A DNA stretch of 64,000 nt from Octopus vulgaris (taxonomy: Eukaryota): NCBI GenBank assembly GCA_951406725.2, contig OX597826.1, positions 34,410,001-34,474,000 on the forward strand, given 5' to 3'. Each line of letters starts with the position of its first letter. Positions within the stretch are counted from its first letter, which is position 1. The notes beneath the pieces are model-generated. The model saw nothing but the letters and a program-made list of their open reading frames with translations, made no database searches and was not told the origin of the DNA. The position numbers were made by a program, and so were the translations under genes. Below, in pieces: positions 44,049 through 57,415 of this stretch.

Positions 44049-47000
44049 TGTTCCCCTGATGTCACTTGGAACATACGCTCTCATATTATGCACAAAAATC
44101 TATTGAAAAGAAATTTTCCTCTATGACAAAATCCCAATGTGAATACCCCTCAAGTTCTAATGTACAAAACTGTGTGAAAAATAAATTTACATATTATATT
44201 ACTATTCATATTTATATCTTTATATATATATATATAAATATACATGCGTATGCATGTATATATGTATGGATATATTTCTAGGCGAAAGCTCTGCCACTGC
44301 AGTCAAATAATTACCGAGGTCATTTTAATCACATTTAATTGTTTTCAGTCTTTCCTCGAAAATTAAAATCTGTTTTCGTAATTTACGCTATCTGTTAGCA
44401 TGTGGAATTTCTTACAGTTATGTGACCCAGTTCTACATACGTTTTAACGTAAAACTTACAAAAAAAAATACTATGAAATAAAGCTAGCTGCCACTCAGAA
44501 GAAAGTAAGGATTGATAGCTAGTAAACTAGGTTCGATAATTAGTTAAGTGTATATTCTATTGCGAAAATTCATAGGCCCTTTGGTCTTCTCATCCTTGAA
44601 CCAATGACATAGGGTAGGTGAGAATAGTGACTGGTATTTGACTGGTATTCGTTAGAGAATAGTTAATTGGTCGAACGTAATATAAAATAAATTACTGATA
44701 TACAATCTTATCACTCTGACCAGGAAGATGAACCTCTGGTCATATGAAGAAACGCCAAACATTATAACCTCTAGGCCACAGAACGTCCCTACTATATTAT
44801 TTATAGGTGGGTTAAAATGGTAGAGAGGAAAAGCTGGCGTAGCCTCAATCTTAAGTGGGAGTTATTATATCTATAACGGTGGTCTTTCATTTGTCAAGTA
44901 TGTTCTTTCCTCGAAATGGATTTTAAAACAGAACTTTATATAAAAGTGCATAACTATCTTCAGCTGCATTAAGATTTCAGGAATTGTCGTGTGTTTTCCT
45001 TTTATTTTTTTACAACGTAATTTGATCAGGCTGTGGTATAAATACCTTTTCCTGGTAGCTAAGTGTCAACACGTTGCAACAGTATATAATCTGTAGTGCT
45101 TCAACTGAACCATGTTAAGTACTAAGATCATATCTACCATAATCTCGAGGATAAAAACGATAATTTCAAAGACTAGGAAAGCAAACGGAAGGAAACGTCT
45201 TTTAGGAAGTTGAATATGAAAATTCTATATTTTTAGCTAAATATTTACTTATATCGAGGCTCTATCATTAAATATATTACGAAAAGTTTTCTTTGGGGAG
45301 CCTACATTAAATGTGAACTACATATATTTAACTACGCTATTTCATATCAATTCAAATATAGACATTTATTTTAAATAGCGGTTCTCAGAATTACCATCTT
45401 ATACAATGTTTTCTACACCCTGCTTCAATACTAGTAGTAAGCCACTAGCAAATACCATTCGTTGCATAGGAAATATTGCAAACTATTTTTGCTGAATTAT
45501 CTAGAAACATATTCAGTGATATGTCGTGTAATTTGAAAACTTTCAACTCTCAAGTTTAAACCATTTAAAGAAATGCAGAGCAGATCAGTTACTAAGTAGT
45601 TTCCAGAGAACCAGTGAAGCGAAAGAAAAATTTAGTTGCCCGAAACCATGTATTTCAAGACTGTGCAATCATAGTGCTGCTGTATTATTTGAGAGGCATG
45701 ACTTAAGTGTATAGTAAACCAGTGTTTGAGATATAGTTCAAATGTGTAATTGTGAAGGACGTATACATATGTCTGACCTTATCTGATCTTGGCAATTTAC
45801 AGAATCTAACGTTACACACTGTGTCAATAGTTGAAAGAAATATAAATCTGATCATAATTACAGGATTTAATTGGGTGGCCGATGAGAAGAGGGATAACTA
45901 AAGATAGTTTTATGGGATGTTGTTGTTAATTTCCATGATATCAATCAATTCGTCCGTCTATACATTCACATCCATGAATCTTGTCAATTAATTTTTCACT
46001 GTGGCTAGTTATAAATATTTTTACTGTTTTAGTTTCATCTATTTTGAAATGTTTGCCTTAGATTAATATTTAGTTTACATCAATCAAATCGCAATGAAAA
46101 CACGTTCTCTGAAGATATTACAAAATCTGATCATCTGACTGAAAGCATAGAATTTATTGACTCGTATATCTCACTTTCTCACTTTCTACATCACATCTCT
46201 CTCTCTCTCTCTCCCTTTCCTTATCTCTCTCATTCTACCCCTCTCCGTCGTCACTGGATTTATTTTCAGCAAACGTTCCTGTATATTAATGGTAGATTTT
46301 CTCTTTCACTTGATATAACAGGGACATTTTAATACTCAATTTACAACTTGATACCCGTCCAGCTTCCAACTTCGTTTTTATAGAGCTGAAACCGTCTTCC
46401 ATTTACCGTCATTTTATTGCATACAAAAGTAGTAGATTTGCTTCTCTGAACCAGTAAAGCATGAATTTGTTGATGCTTATAATCTCTAACTAATAATCTG
46501 AAGGGATTCTTATGTGGTAACTATAATTAATGGCTTCACTCTGATGTCACAAAAGCTAGTCATTGGATGGTAAATAGAGTTTCTGTCACAAATTGGAAAC
46601 AGCTCTGTGTGAATATACGTGTTGTATGTGTGCAGGTGTGTATAGATTTATGAGCACATATGTAACTTTACGCGTCTGCGTTTGTGAAAAATGACCTCAT
46701 AAATAACATATGTATGTCATGAATATGTGACTGTATTTGGTGCGTGTAATATGCTTGCTATAATATAAGTTCTTACGTGTAAGTAACCATGTTCGGATTA
46801 ATATATCATAATTTGTATACTTGTATCACTCTGAGGTTCAAAATATTAATACAAACCGCAAAATAACATTCTGCTATATATATATGTATTATGTGTTGTA
46901 TATGCATTTATGTGTATGTCATACGCAAACAACTCATGTATATAAATACACTTGCATAGTTGTACAAGTGTGTGTAATAGATATTTATGTGCGTGATTGG

Positions 47001-50000
47001 TCTGCATCCATGTTTGCGTGTTCAGGCCTCTCATGTAAATGTGTATAACTCACACACACACACACACACGGTCACGCACGCACACAATGTAAGTGTGTTT
47101 GTGTGTGTGTTTGTGTGTAGGTCATCGTGGAAGTTGGAATGGTGGTTATAATCGTTAGTGAGTGGTCAGAACGTGATGAAGTGATGAAGTACTGATATAT
47201 AGACGAGTTGAGTGGTATAGAGGTAGTTAGTATAACAGAAATGTATTGAGATACGCAAGGTGCGTCATAAAAGCCACGTGGGTGACACAATGAGATTGAA
47301 TAAATCCCATCAATTGACTACAAGTTAAAAACACGTTGCTGCATCCTACTATATTCACGACGAATGGTGTTGAAGACGGCTATGAATATTAAGAAATATC
47401 TGATGATATCTGCATTATAGAGTGGAAGGTATTTAAAGAATTACTTTCACTAATGAATATAAAATAATAGCACAGGATTTTAAAACTTTCACTCATTTAG
47501 TTATTAATGTCCAAGTCTGCGGTGCTTGTCATGATCCCTTGCGTTCTAATTTCTAAGACCGTTGACGTAGCGCGTCCTCGTTATAATAGTTTCAAGTGGT
47601 CCTTGGGTACATTTAGGAAGATTCACTTATTTGTTAACATTAGATCCATGTCGCCGGTTCCAATACATATTTCTCCAGTTCTTCCAAAATGTCGGTAGCT
47701 ACGAAAGGCTTTAAGGTGTTGGGTGCAAACCTCCCCTCCCTGAACAATCCGTAAAGCAACAAACAAAAATAATGCATGGTAAGACCTTATCCTTTCTAAA
47801 CTATTCAATAATTATCTCTAAAAGAATCTATTCTTATCTGTATAATTGCGTAATCGTATGCACCATGAGAAACTCCCCCTTGAAAAGCGAGCTGCCCTAG
47901 ATAGAGTAAAATTTGAGCAGATTTAGCTGCTATTTATAAAAGGTCATTGTTGAGTTAAGACTTCCAGACCGGTCAAGTTATTTAATATACGACAAGAACA
48001 ACAGAATAAATATAATTTCAAATTTATTTTATGGTAACAACAACGATCCGTCTTCCAGCCTTACATTTCAAAGTTGAATTCACAAAACTTTTTCGCGCCT
48101 GAGCAAAATAACGCACGACATCATTTATATCCTCCCTCCTGGAATACTTTTGAAACGCCTGCTGCTACTCCACTCCTATATCGATCACCGTGAAACATTA
48201 GTTCCACCCTTCAACGACAAACTTTAACCAAATCCATTATTCTTCGCCTTTCCTCTAACCCAACCAAACAGTATATACAAGCCAATACCTCTTTAAATAT
48301 CATACAGCCGTATCACACACAGAGAATATGATACACTTGGAGTTATATTTAGCACTTCTGCTGTATGCACACTATTTAGCTGATTATATGTGAGTTTTGA
48401 CAGGACGATCCTGGGACTAAAAGACAACAACAAACAGCGCCTTTGCAGACTTACAGAAATTGACAGACAGCTGAGTGTGTTCAATTTGTCAAGAGTTTAA
48501 CGCTGCTTCCATACGATTAAGTACAGCATGCTGGAATATAAATTATTAATGTTACTGAATTGGAAACAAGATGTTACGTATAAAGTATATATTGCACTTG
48601 AACATTTGGCCGATCGCTGTGTGAGAGGAATTTGCTACAACAAGGATTTTCTGAAGCTACATACGAAACAGCTGAAACAAGAACATGAACAAAACACTCA
48701 CATCAAAAATGGTATACACCATCTTGGATTCTTCTCACTTCTCAGCGAGGTTTTCTATAATGTCAAGTTTGTGCCCAGTAAAACCTTCGACTGCCATGTC
48801 TGGCATTAGAAGCCGCTGTTTAAATAAACGAAAATGCATTATTTATTATATGTTGAACCAATATCTTCGTCTCTGACCAATCTATTGTGCTGAATACCTA
48901 CCGACACGAGTGCTTCTCAAGAGACATTAGATCTGCTCTGCTATTTAGCAATGTTTAGTTACATCCCCCACGTAATTAATCCTTTCTGTATGTAGTAACA
49001 AACGCTATCTCTCATCTGTTAGCGTGCACTCTCCAAATAAGATATCATCCTTCATTCCTCAATCTTAAATACATAGATATCATTCACTCATACAGTTGAT
49101 AATTTACACCAGACTTGCACAGCTTCCATTAATGGAGACGTGAAAAACCATCCATAAATGGAAACATGACAATGTAATTTCTTTTAACAGTAAAATACAC
49201 ACAATAATTATGCATATCAAGGAAATAGTTTTGTACTTAAACCCCTCTGGTCGTAAACAGCAAACAACTAAAGACTTCAAAGACACCATACACCATAGAA
49301 CTTACAATTTCTGTTGATCTCTCATAATGACCTCACATATTTCAATTAATTCATTTATCAACCGATCACGAATACTCTGGGGTAAATTAAATTCTATTAA
49401 CAATAACCTAGTGTGTTTAAACTGTGGAATAAAGAAAGCATTTTGAGTTACGTGAAAAAGAAAAACATAGCATTAAAGTAATATTATGAACAACGTTTAT
49501 TGTTTGTTTTTTAGTATTTTAATTTACATTAGTTTTATAGCAGATACGTAGTTACGTTAATGTTTATCACAAGCTAATACTGGTAAAAAATATATTTAAC
49601 ATAACAGTACAACAAAGCAATCCCAATAACACGTTTTATATTGAAGCTTAATTTAAGGTATTCTATGATAAAAACTAGAAAAGAATATTCCTATATTTAT
49701 AACTTTTAAAGTCTTCGTAATTTTCTATAATCTAGAAACTGTATATGACTGATAAATAGTCATTGAGCGTTTACGATTGGGAAACATAATTTTAAATGTC
49801 AAACTGTCTCTGAACTGTGTTTTGGTCTTTTGTTTCGGTCTTGGAATAAAATTTAACCGGAGGGATTTTTTTCCTCATATCAAGAATCTATGGAATTATA
49901 ATGCGTCGCTGAATGTCATGCTATTCCTTTGTGACTATTTATATGTGGGAATGTGTCTTGCAGGATTATTTTAGAACCAGACATGAATTTATTCCGTATG

Positions 50001-50260
50001 ATTTTAAAAGGTTGACCTCATAGTTGATAGCAGTATTGATCTGGAAACTTCCATTGAAGCAAATTACAAGAATTTAAATCTTAGATTAGGATACATATAA
50101 TTACAAAATTGTTTTTCTTGGGCAGTGAACACAATACTCCGAATGGTGTGCTTCAATATCATCGATACTCTCACCTCCCAAATCAGACAGAATAGCTAGA
50201 AACGCACTCCTCCAAATACTTCAGCTACTACAACTTGTAGCACTATATAAGTTTCAAGTA

Positions 50261-50345
50261 AATTTGAACTCAGAACGTAAATGCAGACGAAATACCGCTA
50301 AGCAATTCTCCCCGTGTGCTAACGTTTGTGCCAGCTCACCGCCCT
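50261..50345 (-). mobile_element. SINE family B head fragment
   Basis: AATTTGAACTCAGAACG...GCTAACGTTTGTGCCAGCTCACCGCC matches 16227-16295. Confidence 0.8.
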
Positions 50346-50526
50346 TCACTATGGTATAATGCTTCAAAACCTAAGACAATGCTACTGCTACACATCCTGA
50401 CTTATTGGATCACATTCATTGACAAGCTTCACGGCTGATGGGTACTCAGTTACTAAAATGAACACACCACCATCTGGTTACCAAGCATGCTTTTTCCTGA
50501 CCCTGATTTTTTTTCTATTGCTACTA

Positions 50527-50721
50527 TATGGGCAACCCATAAATAATGCGTTGTTTTTATACTCTTATTTTTCGAAATTAAGATAAACAAAGTTATTTTT
50601 TAATATAAAATAAACTCTCTTTGCTCTTCTATCTGTCTGGTACACTTGCAAGTCCCCTCTTCTAAAATTCTCTTGTCAGTTCTGACCCCGGCTACGAAAT
50701 TCATATTTCTTCCGTCCAAAT
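50527..50721 (-). mobile_element. Mariner transposon 3' remnant (transposase C-terminus plus putative TIR)
   Basis: Minus: LDGRNMNF...TREF*KRGLASVPDR*KS...EFILY*, matching the mariner C-terminal pattern FWxxGIxxLPxRWxxxxxxxGxY; ends in a TIR-like TATGGGCAACCCATAAATAATGCG. Confidence 0.7.
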
Positions 50722-50732
50722 GAAGCCCGTCG

Positions 50733-50773
<41 letters not shown>

Positions 50774-51008
50774 GTGTGTGTGTTTGCGTGTGTGTGTGTG
50801 TGTGTGTCTGTGTTTGTCTCCAACATTGCTTGACAACCGATGCTGGTGTCTTTATGTCCCCGTAACCTAGCGGTTCTGCAAAAGTGACCGGTAGAATAAG
50901 TACTAGGCTTACAAAGAATAAGTCCTGGCGTCGATTTGCTCGATTAAAGGCGGTGCTCCAGCATGACCGCAGACAAATGACTGAAAGAAGTAAAAGAGTA
51001 AAAGAGTA
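50722..51008 (+). mobile_element. SINE family C, 3' two-thirds
   Basis: GAAGCCCGTCGTAT-(TA)(TG)-GCTTGACAACCGATG...AAAGGCGGTGCTCCAGCATGACC; inverted match to 21944-22215. Confidence 0.85.
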
Positions 51009-51277
51009 TTCTTCTACGGATAGCTTGAAAGTCACTAATTTCCTACAACTTGGTCCTTAGGTCTTTCCTGTACACATATATAAATATACGCCTAGCATTT
51101 TTGTATGCTAGGCTACTGATTTTAAATTGATAATAATTAAATTAATATTCAATTTATCTCCCTCATTATTTAAATATTTATATATAAATATACATAGGTG
51201 AGTATGCATGTGTAGGTATCTGTGTATGTATGCATGTATGTATCTATGTATGCATGTATGTATGCATGTTTGTATGC

Positions 51278-51308
<31 letters not shown>

Positions 51309-51571
51309 CATACATACACACACATGCACACACACACACACATATATGCTAGGTCGTGATAGGGCATTAGGGCATTAAGTTAGTATATTTTAAGGGACTC
51401 ACTCATACCGCCATCTAGGCATTCAACACTCTCGGATTCCTGACAAATACAACATTTCATCAAATAAAGAAAAATCCTGAATTCACGACGGTAAAATGTT
51501 GTATTGGTATAAGAGTAAAGTTTAAATCCAAATAATAAAACAAGAAATTCTTTAACACATCTTTAATGATT

Positions 51572-51687
51572 CTTTACAATTGTTTCTGTACCAAATCTTC
51601 TTACAACGCCACTTTGCTCAATATTCGAAATGAAAATTTACGTAACATTTGCGGTATTAGACATTTGAATGGCACCTCGTCGGGCTT
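51572..51687 (-). ncRNA. Degenerate hammerhead-like motif with long helix II loop
   Basis: Minus: CCGACGA-GGTGCCA-(~75 nt)-TGGTACA-GAAA-CAATTG-TA; palindromic helix III; no helix I pairing. Confidence 0.4.
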
Positions 51688-51767
51688 GCATCAAAGGTGC
51701 GCTCTTATATTGCGTAAACTGGCGTTGCAAGCATAGTTCATACAGAAACGATTATAACGAATCATTA

Positions 51768-51808
<41 letters not shown>

Positions 51809-52308
51809 ACATATAATTCTTTAAAAATTATAGTAATGAGAGCCACTCCGAAGTTTCGGTCAAGTAAGCCACCATCGGATTGTGGAAGATTTTGATTTCA
51901 TCTTGGCTCATTATAGTCTCTATTACGTCAAACTTTTCTAGAGTAAGTTATGTTGACTGCTAATAATCTGAATGGTAGGTTGTGAGGGAGAACGGTTACG
52001 GAGAATTTTCCTTGATGAAACTTGAAGTTGTTCAGAAATCATTCCTGCATATAACTCAGCTTACTCCCCAAAATTGAATTGAACTGAGACTATATATAAA
52101 GCTATGATGAACTCAAAGCGAATGCGATGAAAGTTTAGTTGATCGAAGATTCGAAGTCCGTGTCCATAATATTCTTGTTGAAGAATGAAAATTTTGAACT
52201 CCAGCAATAGTGTTGGGTAATCCTTCTGTTTACTGCAAAAGTCTTTCATTTATGGGATACACGAATATATACAATATATACCAATATATACATTTATACA
52301 TACATACA

Positions 52309-52340
<32 letters not shown>

Positions 52341-52352
52341 CATACATAATAC

Positions 52353-52383
<31 letters not shown>

Positions 52384-52455
52384 TGATTCAGATGAATAGG
52401 TGGTACTTAAATTGAAGGCACCAGATACATACATACATACATACATACATACATA

Positions 52456-52500
<45 letters not shown>

Positions 52501-52531
52501 TTCGAGATTTGGTATGGTTATTATCCATATA

Positions 52532-52718
52532 AATCAAAATAAGCAACAAGGATATCCAAGGTAGTGTAGTACAATCGTTTCATGCTACTTCATTTTATTA
52601 AACACTGTAAGTATTACATCAGTTTTAATAAAATGAAGTAGCATGAAACGATTGTACTACACTACCTTGAACCCTTGTTGCTTATTTTCATTATATATAT
52701 ATATATATACCATTATAA

Positions 52719-52771
<53 letters not shown>

Positions 52772-53084
52772 TTAGAGACAAATTATATATATTTATAATG
52801 GTATATATATATATATAATCAAAATAAGCAACAAGGGTTCAAGGTAGTGTAGTACAATCGTTTCATGCTACTTCATTTTATTAAAACTGATGTAATACTT
52901 ACAGTGTTTAATAAATAAAATAAATTTTATTAACATTTTATGTATTGATTAAGTCTTTCCTTGTTTGTTTTGCAAAATAGTGGTTTTGTCTCTAATTAAT
53001 ATTATATAATATTTTACTATAAAATTGGATTTAATCCTAAATCTGATTTTTTTCCCTGTAAATTTAGATTTATTCCCTAATATT

Positions 53085-53088
<4 letters not shown>
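52532..53088. mobile_element. PLE-like remnant with serial inverted duplications in (TA)n
   Basis: Inverted pairs 52532-52602/52624-52692, 52594-52729/52782-52915 and 52759-52782/52985-53008; contains the hammerhead 3' half GAAA-CGATTG-TA. Confidence 0.65.
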
Positions 53089-53126
<38 letters not shown>

Positions 53127-53364
53127 ATGTACATACAAGCAAATAAATGTATGTATCTATAAAGGCATGAATATATACGTATGCATTTATACATGCATAT
53201 ATATATGCATGTGTCTGTGCTTGTGTGTGTTTGTGTGCATGTATGTGTATGTGTGCCTGTCTGTCTGTGTGTGCGCATGGAAACAGATGATCATAACTTA
53301 TATCTTGGACAAACCTAAGAAATATCAGCTTTACAGCTTTACTAATATAGATGTTGGCTTTTCT

Positions 53365-53419
<55 letters not shown>

Positions 53420-54644
53420 GTGTGTGTGTATGTGTGTGTGTATGTATGTATGTATGTATTTATGAACGTTCTATTTTATTTCAAATAAAACCGGAAATAG
53501 ACAATTGGCAGCACATTATCATTTCACCGAAGAAATAATGGCGAAGGAAATTCAGAAATTGAAAGGATATTTCATAAATTGTTAATCTGTCTCTTGTTTC
53601 AATTTTCTTTCACTTAACACGGAATTCTTTCTCACTATCACTAATCTGGTGCTGCTTATATGACAACGACAGCGAGTATTACTACTAATACTACTAATAA
53701 TATTACTACTACTACTAGTTACGATCGTGATAATAATAATTACTACTGCATCAATAAAAGACACACTCACCTAGTTACACATAATGGAATAAGTACGACA
53801 TTTTAACGCTATATACTTATGTATGTATGTGTGTGTCTCTGTGTATGCTCATTCGCATAAAGAACTGATACAGTAATATATATATATTAAACATATTTAT
53901 ATGCATACATACAATATATATGTATATATATATACACACTCACCTGTGTGTGTGTGCGTATTTGTATCCTCCCACCGTTTATCTTTTCTTTCTTTCTTGC
54001 TCTCTCCCTTTTTTTCAAAGAAGTAAAAACAATGTTAATAACGTGATACTCATCTCTATAATTGATCAGATATATATATAATATTGGGATTTTGAGAACA
54101 GTTGTTCTTATAGAACTTACATATACCTGAAAAAGAATACTAGAACCATTTTAACACTGATTAAGAAAGATCTTATATTACAACTTGGCAACGCAATTCG
54201 TGATTTTGACTTTATTTTCCTAATTTGGGAATATCGGACTAATATTTAATGTTTGTTTATGCAGAACATAGAATTTCACAGACTATGGGACTTGGCTTGG
54301 CTAGATGAATATACATTTTCATAGGACTTTTGAACTTCTTGCAGAAGTGATTGCTGTTAGGTACTTCATCTCATGATAGCCAGAAAGAAGGTTAGAAATG
54401 GGAGTTAATGCAGCTATCATTTTATGCTTCTCCTTTTGTACAAGTGCTTGTGTGTGCATGTTTATTACTCGTATGACTGTATCTTCTTTTACACGCCACA
54501 CATATAGATACCTATAGGCACTCACATATACGCATATATACGTAAGTTTCTATAAATACATATATTTAAAATTTGCATAAATATGTCTATCTAACTATCT
54601 ATCTATATCTATATCTATATCTTTATCTATCAATCTGTCTATCG

Positions 54645-54717
<73 letters not shown>

Positions 54718-54841
54718 AAAGTCTACGAAGTTTATATATATGTTTTATCTTATATTTTATCTTTCTGTTATATGTTATTTTCTAGATGGTGTAATTTAAT
54801 TTTTCATTTTGAATTAATAAAAGGTTGTTTTATCCATATAT

Positions 54842-55046
54842 ACAGGCGCAAGAGTGGTCGTGTGGTAAGTAGCTTGCTTACCAACCACATAGTTCCGGAT
54901 TCAGTCCTACTGCCCGGCAACATGGGCAAGTAACTTCTACTATAGCCTCGGGCCGACCAAAGTCTTGTGAGTGGATTTGTTAGGTGTGTGTGTGTTTGAC
55001 CACCAACCCACCTTCGCTTGATAACAAAGGCTGGCGTGTCTACGAA
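54842..55046 (+). mobile_element. SINE family C, 5' part
   Basis: GGCGCAAGAGTGGTCGTGTGGTAAG...GTTCCGGATTCAGTCC...GGGCAAGT...GTGAGTGGATTT; inverted match to 22235-22370. Confidence 0.85.
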
Positions 55047-55084
55047 TACTTACATATCCACATACATATATTATATGTATATGG

Positions 55085-55141
<57 letters not shown>

Positions 55142-55721
55142 AAGGAAGGAAGAAAGAAAGAAAGAAAGAAAGGAAGAAAGAAAGAAAGAAAGAAAGAAAG
55201 AGAGATAGACATAGCGGGAGAAGAGCAGTTAAAATTGTATCTCCATGCGTGTTGAATGATCAATGTTTAAATAAAAGATCGACAATTCTCCTTGATACGA
55301 AATTATGTAAGGCGGGATAGATGAATTAAGTTTAGTTTAAGGTTAGCGTTGTTAATATAGGACTAGTTTCATGTTGAATGTACAAACTAAATAAAGCAAT
55401 TTCAAAAAATTAATTTTATTTAAATTTAGTACATACTACATTATTCAGCTATATATTCCATATTTTGTGGAAAAAAATGTATAACTTTCAAATATATTTA
55501 CCTTCATTCAACCACCCTTGGAAACTTGGGCAAGTGACTCTAACCATATTCCCGTTGTTGAACAACAATTTCTGTATCGAACTTTGTTCTCGGACACTGT
55601 GCAGAAATTTGCCACGTATATACATATACATAGACACACAGAAGCACGCACACACGCATACATTTTCATATGTGTGTGTGTGTGTGTGTGCATGTGTGTG
55701 TGAGTGTGTGTATGTTTATTT

Positions 55722-55949
55722 GTGTATCTGTGTTTGTCCCCCCACCTTCGATTGATAAACGATGTCGGTGTGTTTGCGTTCCTGTAAAATAGCGGTTCGG
55801 CAAAAAAGAAACTGATAAAATAAGTTCGGCAAAAAGAGACTGATACAATAAGTACAAAGAATGGGTCCTCAAGTCGACTTTTTCGACTAAATGTGGTGCT
55901 CCATCATTGCCGCAGGCAAATGAATGAAACAAGTAAAAGACTAAAAGAA
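55722..55949 (+). mobile_element. SINE family C, 3' part
   Basis: TGTTTGTCCCCCCACC...AGCGGTTCGGCAAAA...GGTGCTCCATCAT; matches the other family C copies. Confidence 0.75.
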
Positions 55950-56223
55950 CACGCACACACACACGCACAGACACACACACATATATATATAATTTTTTCA
56001 ATCTACAGAGAAACTAAATATTTAACCCTGTTTACATAGATACTATATAGGTTACGTATTTTCTATCATACCTTGGTACTGCCTGAAGGCAGATCCCCGT
56101 TGACAGGAACCTGGTGTTGAATAAAGTGTTAATGCCTATGATATGCAAGTTTTCTGAAGCTAATCTTTTACTGAGTGTACAGATAGGATGCTTGTTTCTC
56201 AGGGATCGGTCAAATTTATGCGA

Positions 56224-56268
56224 AGCCTCTGATGAGAATCCAATAAGAGTCGAAAATCGGTTAATGTT
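56224..56268 (+). ncRNA. Minimal hammerhead motif, canonical core, slightly decayed helices
   Basis: AGCCT-CTGATGA-GAATC(CAATAA)GAGTC-GAAA-ATCGGT-TA-ATGTT; one mismatch each in helices I and II; host segment ends in TA/TG repeats at ~56325. Confidence 0.6.
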
Positions 56269-56332
56269 GTTCTTTATTCAGTATTCAAAGAAACACCCTA
56301 ATTACGCCTATTGATATAGGTATTATATATAT

Positions 56333-56383
<51 letters not shown>

Positions 56384-57317
56384 GCTGTGCGTGTATGTAT
56401 CTTTCGTCGAAGAATAAAAGCAGCAGAGCGACAAGCTTTACGATTATTTGTTCCACATTGTTTTCAAGAGGTTTCTCTGACTCTGTATCCGTTAGAAATG
56501 CAACGGAAAGCGTTGGATTTTCTTGGAAACCTGTAAGCAATGATGATATTATTCAGTAAGAGATAAGCAAAACGAAAACCAACTATATTGTCGATCCTGT
56601 AGCTGAATTCAGTTTAAATTAAGAAGCTGAAAAGCAGAATTGCATTGTTATCAATGAGATGTTTATATGGTGAAACGTTGTTTCACAATGATATTCATTT
56701 TTATTAAGCATTGACGTCATCGTTCACATTAATTATTCTAGTGTCTCTCTTAATTGATTCTTGGCCTTTCTGTTGCTCGAGTACATTCAAAATAAACTGC
56801 TTTCAAATCTATGACTACGTGCGTATTCAACTGCGTTATATAACCAGTGCACAAATAAATCTATATTATACACAAGTATGAGAATTTGTTGTTTTAAAGA
56901 AGTCTCAGTTTCATTAGCTTCTGGTGATATTAGACTATGATATATATTTATGGTTGTCTTAATGATGTAACAACTTCAAGGTTAAGCGGAAAGCGTAAAT
57001 GCATCACATACAAAACAATACATGACAATAATGTTGACTGTTTTTTCAGTGCCGGAAAAGAAAATCTAGGGAAAATCAGAAGCGGTGTGAAAAGACATGA
57101 AATAGTGTATAATATCTGTGCATGTTTTATTAGAGAGCAAATGAGAGAAATTTCAATGGACGACGTTTATTTTGTTCCTGATGACACACGTTAATGTCCA
57201 AAACATATGAGATATAAAAACAATAGTGACGATCGTTAAATCATATTCATGTGTATACACCGTCATTATGGCGTATGTCTGTCTGTCTATCTATCTACCT
57301 ATCTCTCTGCATATATA

Positions 57318-57415
<98 letters not shown>

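Noticed and set aside
47623-48815. Two putative minus-strand exons (48815-48739 and 47698-47623) that splice in frame
   Set aside because: Plausible AG/GT sites, but the joined peptide (RLLMPDMAVEGF...DLMLTNK) matches nothing I recognise; unsupported without transcripts.
57177-57222. CTGATGA...AAAACATATG hammerhead-like relic
   Set aside because: G12 and the UH site are missing; cannot be distinguished from chance.
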